A stretch of 15,961 nt of DNA from Octopus sinensis. Lineage: Eukaryota. Shown here in pieces: positions 1 through 8,663 of the stretch. Both the position numbers and the translations under genes were made by a program. The notes under the pieces are model-generated. The model ran no database searches and was not told the origin of the DNA. It was given only the letters and a program-made list of their open reading frames with translations. The first letter of the stretch is position 1. Each line of letters begins with the position of its first letter. The stretch spans positions 1 to 15,961 of the forward strand of contig NW_021825282.1 in NCBI RefSeq assembly GCF_006345805.1, read 5' to 3'.

Positions 1-24
1 GAAAGTAGAGGTGGCATCGTCTCG

Positions 25-144
25 TATATATATATATATATATAGTATATATGTATGTGTGTGGGTGTGTGTGTGCGTGTGTGTGTGCGTATGTGTATGA
101 GTGCGCATGCCACCGTATACACATATACATCTATTATAATATAC

Positions 145-231
<87 letters not shown>
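25..231. repeat. Compound (TA)n/(TG)n microsatellite
   Basis: (TA)n at ~25-50, (TG)n-like at ~51-100, pure (AT)n at 147-231; this explains the YIYI/CVCV ORFs. Confidence 0.95.
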
Positions 232-234
<3 letters not shown>

Positions 235-760
235 TGCATGTATATGTCTATCCTAGTCTCCAGCCAACCTCGTTTGTCTTATTGCCCCTCTTTTTTTTTC
301 TTTCTTTCCACTTTTCTTCTCTCCTGGTCCTCCCGTATCCTTTTTATGAACCCCTAACCTTCCCTCACTCACAAAACATTCCTGTTGATTTATGATCTCT
401 CTAATGACTCATCTCTCCAAAGTTATTCACCAGAACATCTTTACGCGATCAAATGCCACACACAAACCAGTCCTAAGTTATAGAAAAGGGGAATAAAAAA
501 AAACCCAGAAAATATAGAAACAAAATGAGGTAAAATAAAAAAAAAAGTAATATAAATGAAACGAAAGACTGAAATGTAAAGAATACTGTTTCAATGTACT
601 CGAGCACTGTGGGGCAAATTCACAGACATAAGAAGGATTAGATGGGGTGAACCCCCTTTTTTTTGTTTGGTTTTGCGGTAATGTGTTGATGGGGTGGAGT
701 TATTGATGGTCTTTCGTCTTTTGTTTTTAGTTTTCTTGTTAAATTTTTGTGTTGTTTTGG

Positions 761-850
761 TTGTTGTTGTTGTTGTTGTTGTTTAGCACCAAGTCAACAC
801 TGATTGATTAGTGCCATGATCAAAGACGTTCCAGCCATCATCTCCATATT
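761..850 (-). mobile_element. Possible SINE/retroelement 3' fragment with (TTG)n tail
   Basis: (TTG)n at 761-783 is followed by TTAGCACCAAGTCAACACTGATTGATTAGTGCCATGATCAAAGACGTTCCAGCC, which resembles from memory a common octopus repeat 3' end. No second copy in the window confirms it. Confidence 0.3.
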
Positions 851-920
851 GTCTGTTTGGAATATTTGTTGAAGTCTATATTATTGTGCGTGTTCAAATA
901 CATATACCATATACATGTAT

Positions 921-943
921 CTATCTCTCTATCTCTCTATCTA

Positions 944-1016
<73 letters not shown>

Positions 1017-1040
1017 GTCTGTCTGTCTGTCTGTCTGTCT
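921..1040. repeat. Compound (CT)n/(ATCT)n/(GTCT)n microsatellite
   Basis: Direct reading of the tandem units. Confidence 0.95.
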
Positions 1041-1483
1041 ATGTCCGTATGTAAATATTTCGCATAATGTGATATCAGGAAGATATGTCTGTTACTTTTG
1101 CAGGTTATTTTCCCATGTTTACTTTATTTTTGTCATGACTTAGGAAAAGAAAGGCCCGAAAAACTCGCAGGTTTTTAATGCCCTTAAGGTTTGTGAGAAG
1201 AAACCTGGACCAAATGATAGCAAGGCAGAAAACTTCGCAAAAGTGAGGCAATTTCTGTATTAAACCGGACATTGGATTAAACACACCATTCATTATCGTT
1301 CTGCTACTTCAAATCCTCCCTCGTCGAGCAGAAATACGTTCAAAGGTGTTTCGGCATTAACGATCTCGTTTTTGTTTTTAAATATTTTTATTTTGAGACT
1401 CCATTATGGACTATGTCTTCCCATATTTTAAAGGCAGAGGAGATAGATTACGAGCCTCTTGAAATTTGAAGGAGAGTCTAGAG

Positions 1484-1733
1484 CAGTGGTTTTCAACTGG
1501 GATCCATGTAGCCCCGGGGTTGGGGGGGGGCATAAATATTTTATTTTAGAAATTTATCTGTAATAAATTGGTTAACTCAATGCATAAAATATATTTTTGG
1601 TTATTTTTATAGAATTCGTAATAATATTTAATTATAAAAATACAGTAAGATGTTTTCTTTTTATGTACAGGAAGTGATTATTGAGGTCCACTAGTGTAAG
1701 ATAGGCAAAAAAAAAAATGGCTGAGTACCACTG
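1484..1733. mobile_element. hAT (Charlie-type) non-autonomous MITE
   Basis: Imperfect TIRs CAGTGGTTTTCAACT (1484-1498) and GGCTGAGTACCACTG (1719-1733), 11/15 match. The left 8-bp flank GTCTAGAG fits the Charlie nTCTAGAn target preference, and the right flank TTCATGAG matches it at 5/8. The interior is AT-rich and non-coding. Confidence 0.7.
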
Positions 1734-1888
1734 TTCATGAGGCACCTTTGTTATTTTGTATTGAGCCGACGTAAACTCAGATTTTAGATCGAAAACACAG
1801 ACATTCAAAACCTTGCCGTCAGTTACTCCGACAGACAGGTTGATGTAGTCCGTCTACTTGTCTGCCTTCACTCTCTATTCAATACTAG

Positions 1889-2277
1889 CGGAGGCGCAAT
1901 GGCCCAGTGGTTAGGGCAGCGGACTCGCGGTCAGAGGATCGCGGTTTCAATTCCCAGACCGGGCGTTGTGAGTGTTTATTGAGCGAAAACACCTAAAGCT
2001 CCACGAGGCTCCGGCAGGGGATGGTGGTGATCCCTGCTGTACTCTTTCACCACAACTTTCTCTCACTCTTACTTCCTGTTGTACCTGTTGTACCTGTATT
2101 TCAAGGTGTCGGCCTTGTCACTCTCTGTGTCACGCTGAATATCCCCGAGTACTACGTTAAGGGTACACGTGTCTGTGGAGTGCTCAGCCACTTACACGTT
2201 AATTTCACGAGCAGGCTTTTCCGTTGATCGGATCAACCGGAACCCTCGTCGTCGTAACCGACGGAGTGCTTCCATCC
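1889..2277 (+). mobile_element. Full-length tRNA-derived SINE (tRNA-Arg-like head), family A
   Basis: A box TGGCCCAGTGG (1900-1910), B-box-like GGTTTCAATTCCC (1943-1955), short (TCCA)-type tail, and a perfect 12-bp TSD ATTCAATACTAG at 1877-1888 and 2278-2289. Confidence 0.9.
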
Positions 2278-3115
2278 ATTCAATACTAGATCTAGTAACT
2301 TCCACAATTCCTTGCCATGGATTATCATCAAACGTTCTCATTTGAAACTGCTAATGGACCTTACCTATAACTGTATTATTTAGTCAATCATAGATCAACA
2401 TAATATATACCTATCGTACTCCGATCCTTCCCTCATGCTTGACAAGCTGGAATATACTAATATCCTCGACTGCAAATATTTTTTCTTTTATATATCTCTC
2501 GAACTTCTCCCTCTCTGATGACGAAATACTCAGCGTATGGAAGCAGCCCTTACTCAATATCACGATCCACATGCTTGGGTATTTTAAAAACTGCTGTAAG
2601 AGACTCTGTATGTTTATATCATCTATTAAAATTAAATGTCTTTTTTGAGTGATGCCAAATGTTTCCTTTTTCATTTTTTTATTTAATCTATATGTACCTG
2701 CTCAAGGAGAAACCAGTTCTAGCTGCCTCTGATAGAGAGTCTCACTATCACAATTTCTGTTGCAATTCATGCCAGAGTTCTAATGGTAAACCAAACTGAG
2801 CGCTCCTAGTACATACCTATTACATTACCCCGCCGCGGCCTTCGGGCTAAAACATTTTTAAGGATTTAAGGATATATGTATATATATATATATATGTAAG
2901 TATGTATATGTGTATATTTTAGAAACGAAGAACGATTTGGTGAAATGGCTATATTTTTCATACAAAATGAGTAAGAGAGAGAGTGAACGATTGGAAGGAA
3001 TTCGGTTATTGTTTCTGGTTTGTCGTGCGATTGTGCAGATTGTCATCTATAGACTTGTTTTGCAGGATTTGCCTTAATAATTACAAGCACCAAACTTATT
3101 AAAGTAAGTTATTTA

Positions 3116-3530
3116 GGCGCAGGAGTGACTGTGTGGTAAGTAGCTTGCTTACGAACCACATGGTTCCGGGTTCAGTCCCACTCCGTGGCACCTTAGGCAA
3201 GTGTCTTCTATTATATCCTCGGGCCGACCAAAGCCTTGTGAGTGGATTTGGTAGGCGGAAACTGAAAGAAACCTGTCGTATATATGCATATATATATATA
3301 TGTGTGTGTGTGTGTATGTTTGTGTGTGTCTGTGTTTGTCCCCCTAGCATTGCTTGACAACCGATGCGGGTGTGTTTATGTCCTCGTCACTTATCGGTTA
3401 GAGACCGATAGAATAAGTACCAGGTTTACAAAGAATAAGGCCTGGGGCCGATTTGCTCGACTAAAGGCGGTGCTCCAGCATAGCCGCATTCAAATGACTG
3501 AAACAAGTAAAAAAAAAGAGAAAGAGAAAA
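3116..3530 (+). mobile_element. tRNA-derived SINE family B with internal (TA)/(TG) microsatellite, copy 1
   Basis: A-box-like TGACTGTGTGG (3126-3136), B box GGTTCAGTCC (3169-3178), CORE-like CCTTAGGCAAGT, internal microsatellite and A-rich tail. Homologous copies lie at 4372-4693 and 8664-9065. Confidence 0.88.
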
Positions 3531-3895
3531 TGTGCGACGCTCTTCCGATATTGCAATTTTGTTCCTTTTGTAAATCCATACAATAAAGCGATTTACCACA
3601 TATGAATACATAGAAACACACAACGATACACACGTATTGTCACACACGCATGCGCAGAGAAGCATTAACTGGAAGTGGAAAGAAAAATAGACAACGGTGT
3701 GTATCCAAACGTTTTATAGACTGGCGGGAAGATTTCAAACATGGCTACTTTTAAATAAAATGAAATATCAAATTGGCGAAAATGTAAACAAGGAATATTA
3801 AATTCAGTTTAAAGAAAAGGGAATAACGCATAATTAAATAAAAATAAATTTTCAAAAAAAAATAAAAATTATGCAAATACATACGGATAGAAGGG

Positions 3896-3950
3896 AATAA
3901 CAACAACAACAACAACAACAATAATAATAATAACTATAATAATAATGATA
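3896..3950. repeat. (CAA)n/(TAA)n trinucleotide repeat
   Basis: Direct reading. Confidence 0.85.
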
Positions 3951-4371
3951 AAAGCAAAAAAAAAGTTGAAAATGTGTAATTAAATACAAAACAACGAAAA
4001 TCCAATTTACCTCACACGTATAAACACACTCACACACACACACACACTCACGCACACATACACACGTATGCGCAGTGTAATACATCAAACAATAATACAT
4101 GAAAGGTCAAACTGAGATGTATGCGCATACGCCATATACACAAGCGTCACAAACGCACACAGGAAGCCGTTGAATTGGCAGTCTTTAAATAATTATGCAG
4201 CTCATTTATATCGTAGGTCGTTAAAGTATCAAATTTTAGCAGATTGATATTGTTTTAAATATTATCAAAGAATTTGTCAAATAAGTAGCTTGCACATTTG
4301 ATTGCATCAACAGATATGCACTCACTTGTTCACAGACACACGTAAACTATACGAAGCCATACATGCCCATA

Positions 4372-4693
4372 TATTTCTTTTATTCTTTTATTTGTTTTAA
4401 TCACTAGACTGCGGCCACGCCGGAGCACCGCCTTTAGTCGAATAAATCGATGCCAGGACTTTTTCGTTGTAAGCCTAGCACTAATTCTAGCGGATCTCTT
4501 TTGCCGAGCCACTAAGTTACGGGGACATAAACACACCAGCATCGGTTGCCAAGCGGTGGTGGGGGACAAACATAGACCTATATACATATATATATATATA
4601 TGACAGGCTTCTTTCAGTTTCCGTCTACCAAATCCACTCACAAGGCTTTGGTCACCCCGAGGCTATAGTAGATGACACTTGCCCAAGGTGCCA
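4372..4693 (-). mobile_element. SINE family B, copy 2, missing its tRNA head
   Basis: The reverse complement aligns with copy 1 from TGGCACCTTGGGCAAG to the A-rich tail; homology stops at 4693. Confidence 0.88.
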
Positions 4694-5531
4694 GAAAAAG
4701 GAAAGATTTGGTTGCTATTACATGCACGCCCTGCTACCACGTACCATCGGAAAAGTCAGCAATTTGGGTCAATGTGTTCCTTACAAACTTTCCGAGTTTA
4801 ATCATGCACAGAGAGTGAATGTGTGCTCTTCTTTGCTGCCACGTCTCATCAATGAACCTCTTTTGGACCGAATAGTGATTGGTGACGAGAAATGGGTTCT
4901 GTATAAAATATCAAGCACCGAAGAATGTGAGTAGGTAAAGGAGAAACACCGGCACGCCGGGCTAAAGAAGGTCTTCAAACACGTAAGGTATTGTTATGTT
5001 TGGTGGGATATGAAAGGTTTAGTCCACTTTGAACTGTTAAACCCAAACCAAGCAATAACAAAGGGGATCTACCGTGAGCAGCTTGAGTAGCTGAAGTTAG
5101 CGTGAGAAGAAAAATGATCATTTTTTGGTTTCTATACGGAAGGTGTTCTTCCATCAAGATAATGCTTGGCCACATACAACAAGGATGACATTCTAAAGGC
5201 TGGAGTAGTTTCAATGAGAAACGATGCCCCACCCGCCATATTTGCCGGACATTGCCCCATCTAATTATCATTTATTGCGCAGATTTCAAAATTTTTTGGA
5301 TGGGAAAAATATGTATTCTGTAAACGATGTCAGAACAGTACTGGAGGAGTATTTTTCATCTTGGACAAGTGAATTTTGGAAGAGATGCTTTGCAACCCTA
5401 CCAGATTGATGGAAGAGGAATTGCAGAAAATGGAGAGTATATTATTGATTAAAAAAACAACGTTGTTTATCTTAATTTTGAAAAATAAAAGAAGTATTTA
5501 AAAAATGCATTATTTATGGGATGTCCCAATA
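4694..5531 (+). mobile_element. Mariner (Tc1/mariner, DD34D-type) transposon relic, 5'-truncated, pseudogenised transposase
   Basis: Translated pieces: GQCVPYKL (WVPHEL-like), IVIGDEKW (first D), LCVWWDMKGLVHFELL, HQDNAWPH (second D), HPPYLPDIAPSNYHL (YSPDLAPSD-like, third D changed to N). Stops and frameshifts are present. A putative 3' TIR ending ...TTATGGGATGTCCCAA is followed by TA at 5530-5531. No 5' TIR. Confidence 0.93.
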
Positions 5532-5832
5532 CATGTAGATCGCAGTGGCTGAAACTCGAGTCGACAGACAGATTCTCACCTTCACATGTCATTAAAAATA
5601 ACTTTCTACATGTACTGAGCACTACTTTCTCATTTGTCTGACATTAAATACCGTCGGTATATACATATATATATATATATACATCCATACTTTTATACAC
5701 ATATCAAACATGTCACTGTTTCTCAGTTAAAAGAAATATATTTGGGTTCTGTTTCAAAACTGCGTATTTTCTTACAGTAAACATGACCTCTTCGTCTTAA
5801 TTTAAGGAATAAAAATACTACATCCAAATGCC

Positions 5833-5906
5833 TCTCTCTTTTTCTCTCTCTCTCTCTAGAGATATGTGTGTGTGAGTGTGTGTTGTGTGTGAGAGAGAGA
5901 GAGAGG
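5833..5906. repeat. (CT)n/(TG)n/(AG)n compound microsatellite
   Basis: Direct reading. Confidence 0.85.
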
Positions 5907-6264
5907 AGAAAGAGATTGTGTAAGTAGTTATATCTTCAGCATTGTCGGCGATCTGTAGACAACTGCCCTATCAGCCTACTCCTTCAATTAACATATAAGC
6001 GATTGACAATCCACATGCACGTGTTTCTTTAAAGCAGTCCTCAGACGGAATTGTCCTAATACAGTGCGATAAAAGAAAGCTTTTTAAATTACAGATAGAA
6101 TCCATTAGACGAGGTTCAGCACAGTTACCGACTAACCAAGTTCAGTGACGCTGTTTGGGTTAGTATTTCACAAGAGGCCGCGTGAGGTCGTTTAGGAGGA
6201 TTGAAGCTAGGACCTGGTATTATTAGCTAAATGAACTTGTTAACCTTTGGATCATGCTGGTTTT

Positions 6265-6296
6265 TATTTATCTATCTATCTATCTATCTATCTATA

Positions 6297-6383
<87 letters not shown>

Positions 6384-6525
6384 TTATCTATCTATCTTCT
6401 GCTAAACATATACCTATACATGCATGCATATATATATATATATATTATACGAACGTCTATGTATGCATATATCTATATATAATATTATATATATATATAT
6501 ATATATATAGATATATATATATATA
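6265..6525. repeat. (ATCT)n followed by interrupted (TA)n microsatellite
   Basis: Direct reading. Confidence 0.93.
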
Positions 6526-6672
6526 AATAAATGAAAGAATGGAGTCGAACGAAGATGTTAACAAAATTCCTTTACTCTCGACACATGTTTCGAAGACAGC
6601 ATGTTTTCATTCCAAAGGAATAAAGGGTGCATTATGCAATCTTCCCATCAGGAAAGAAAGGGAGCCTCTCTC
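6526..6672 (-). repeat. Left arm of 147-bp inverted repeat (3' pLTR relative to the endonuclease ORF)
   Basis: Reverse complement of 7857-8003 with 4 mismatches in 147 bp by manual alignment. Confidence 0.95.
6569..6661 (-). ncRNA. Type I hammerhead ribozyme, A9G core variant
   Basis: Minus strand: CCUUU-CUUUC, CUGAUGG, stem II GAAGAU...GUCUUC, GAA, ACAUGUGU, C (GUC cleavage triplet), GAGAG-U-AAAGG. Stem I is 10 bp with a bulged U. The core has G in place of A9 (C at 6645 on +). Confidence 0.7.
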
Positions 6673-7126
6673 GACAACAAGACAAACAAAAATTTCGATG
6701 ATTGCCTACATGGTAATCAAAGCGATAACGAGTGTTTTTTTTAAAAAATCCGTTAGAAGAATTGACTTCAAAAATAGATAGTAGGAAGAGAAGGGATAAA
6801 GTAATAATAGGCAGGGAACAGTATGTTTGCTGTATGTATGGAAATGTGTGAGTGTGTGCTTGTGTTAATGAGTGCGTGTATTTGTGTGTGTGTATGTGTG
6901 TGTGTATAACTGCATTTGTGTCTGTGTATGTGATTGTGTGTGTGAGAGAGACAGATGTCAAAGATAGATAGTAGGAAGAGAAGATATAAAGGAATAATAG
7001 GTAGGGAACAAGTGGAGAGGGAAGGGTACGTTGATTGAAAGAATGTTTGAAGGCTTAGGAAAGAATTTCTCTATAGCAGTTGGGTGGACGTGAAGCTAAT
7101 TGTTCAAACCACAGTGACTATCGTTA

Positions 7127-7928
7127 TCATTTATATGAGTAGAAAGTGTGTTTCTGCCAGTGTTTACATTTGTACGATTTTTCTGTATGTTTACTAGGGG
7201 AACCTTAGTGAAAAGAATATGGAAGAGTTCAGAGTTACAAATGTTACAAAATCTCCAGCCCTTATCAAAAGGAAAGGATACAGACAATATGAACCAATCT
7301 AACTTGAAAATTATATTGTTGTCTTTAAGACGCCTAACTAATTTACTAAGCCCTGTACTATATCGTTTTTTCCTATCTCTAAATGTTGAATAGTGGTTTA
7401 AATTCTCTTGGATAACTGGGAAGTGGACGCTCCTATATAGAAGAAGACATCGGTACCGGAAGAAATTCTACACTGGTAAATAGAATTCTTAATCTTAGAA
7501 TTACTAGACAAAAATTTAATTCTGTTGGGGTTGTCCTCCGAGATCGAGACGAAGTTTTTATTGTTATGACTGTTGTTACTATTATTATTAGCGCTAACAA
7601 CTACACTATTTCTATTATTATTAGTATTATTAATGGTATTACAACCAGCAATACCCCCGACAATAATACCGTTATTGTTGTTACCATCAACACTACCATT
7701 GTTATTAACACGACTAATACTATTATTAATATTATCATTGTTAACACTTTCGCTGCTACTAATGCTGCTACTATTAATACTATTCCTATTATTATGATTG
7801 TATGATGGGTTGGAATTAGCAAGATTAGTGTTGGAACTCCCGGGTGAAGAATCTTTGAGAGAGGCTCCCTTTCTTTCCTGATGAGAAGATTGCATAATGC
7901 ACCCTTTATTCCTTTGAAATGAAAACAT
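7127..7928 (-). pseudogene. GIY-YIG endonuclease of a Penelope-like element with Asn-rich N-terminal linker, two 1-nt frameshifts
   Basis: NSIYQCRISSGTDVFFYIGASTSQLSKRI (YIG at 7431-7439); after a shift at ~7400, NHYSTFRDRKKRYSTGLSKLVRRLKDNNIIFKLDWFILS...CNICNSE (7228-7248)...LVN; after a shift at ~7180, KSYKCKHWQKHTFYSYK-stop (TGA 7127-7129). The catalytic-type Y, R, E, N residues and the H, CxxC, H ligands are all present. Confidence 0.85.
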
Positions 7929-8003
7929 GCTGTCTTCGAAACATGGGTCGAGAGTAAAAGAATTTTGTTAACATCTTCGTTCGACTCCATTCTTTCATTT
8001 ATT
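7857..8003 (+). repeat. Right arm of 147-bp inverted repeat (inverted 5' pLTR)
   Basis: Reverse complement of 6526-6672. Confidence 0.95.
7870..7958 (+). ncRNA. Type I hammerhead ribozyme with canonical core
   Basis: Stem I CUUUC (7873-7877)/GAGAG (7950-7954); CUGAUGA (7878-7884); stem II GAAGAU (7885-7890)/GUCUUC (7932-7937); GAAA (7938-7941); short stem III AC/GU; GUC triplet with predicted cleavage after C7949. Confidence 0.8.
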
Positions 8004-8164
8004 CATATACAACACACAAATTTCTACACATGAACCCGGAGTTTCTACCCTTGACAGGTGGCTTCAACCGTGTTTTCTGACGTGAATTTGCAACCCAGGT
8101 TTCGGTTAAACGAATTTTCCATGCTGTCGATAAACATAGGATAATTCATTCACCTACTTAAATA

Positions 8165-8196
<32 letters not shown>

Positions 8197-8663
8197 AGCT
8201 TACATATATGCGTAAGTAATTATATCAAAGACTTGGCTGGTTAAGATGGCTTCTTGTTATCACAGAATATGGCAGATAAGGTAACTAACAAACAGATGAC
8301 GTTAGCACAGTCCCTGACCTAAAACATATTCGAAAATGAAATCGAATCCATTAAAATAAATGTATAAATATTGTATAAATATATAAAGAATAAACTAATA
8401 ATACAAAAAAAAAAAAACCCGCTCAAAACAAAGTCAGAAAAGAGGCTATGATCGATGTAATCAATGGTATCTGATGTGTGTTGATACCGAACACGGCATT
8501 ACCTGAAATTTTCATTGTATCTTAGCTCGGCTAATGTAACAATAGATCAGAGTAAAAGATTAATTTGCATACGTGACGGCTGTGAATTAGGAGACGTACA
8601 TTAAAATGGGAAAAATATAAGTAATATAGTAGAATAGTGAATGAGGGAAGAAAAATACTCCTT

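Larger units (their letters stand above)
6526..8003 (-). mobile_element. Penelope-like element (PLE), RT-less/5'-truncated, with inverted pseudo-LTRs
   Basis: 147-bp inverted repeats at both ends, a hammerhead motif in each, a GIY-YIG endonuclease relic on the minus strand, and insertion beside (TA)n. Confidence 0.85.

Noticed and set aside
700-750. Third copy of the family 2 element (CTTTCGTCTTTTGTTTT)
   Set aside because: The match is short and low-complexity, and no hammerhead portion is present.
1889-1960. Genuine tRNA gene (also at 3116, 8664 and 13251)
   Set aside because: No proper acceptor-stem closure; each head continues into a SINE body with a tail, and two copies have TSDs.
2806-2850. 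Helitron 3' end (GC-rich hairpin plus CTAG on the minus strand)
   Set aside because: The stem is weak, and the base following CTAG is G, not the T expected from A|T insertion.
6569-6650. ADAR editing signature: 3 of 4 arm differences are A/G in ribozyme-sense orientation
   Set aside because: Only four sites, and transitions are common. Structure suggests opposite polarities (A ancestral in the core, G ancestral in stem I).
6632-6770. HRNFCLSCCRERLP as the N-terminus of a tandem PLE ORF
   Set aside because: The resemblance is vague, and the frame stops within the repeat in both arms.
6539-7990. Two near-identical ORFs starting MESNEDVNK (6539-6781 + and 7601-7990 -) as a duplicated gene
   Set aside because: Identity is confined to the 147-bp inverted repeat, and both read the antisense strand of the hammerhead; no evidence of coding function.
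6526-8003. DNA transposon or MITE with 147-bp TIRs
   Set aside because: There is no transposase or clear TSD; the GIY-YIG domain and hammerheads point to a Penelope-like retroelement.
8255-8290. Start mini-exon ATGGCAGATAAG|GTAACT
   Set aside because: Only four codons plus a donor-like motif, which is expected by chance.
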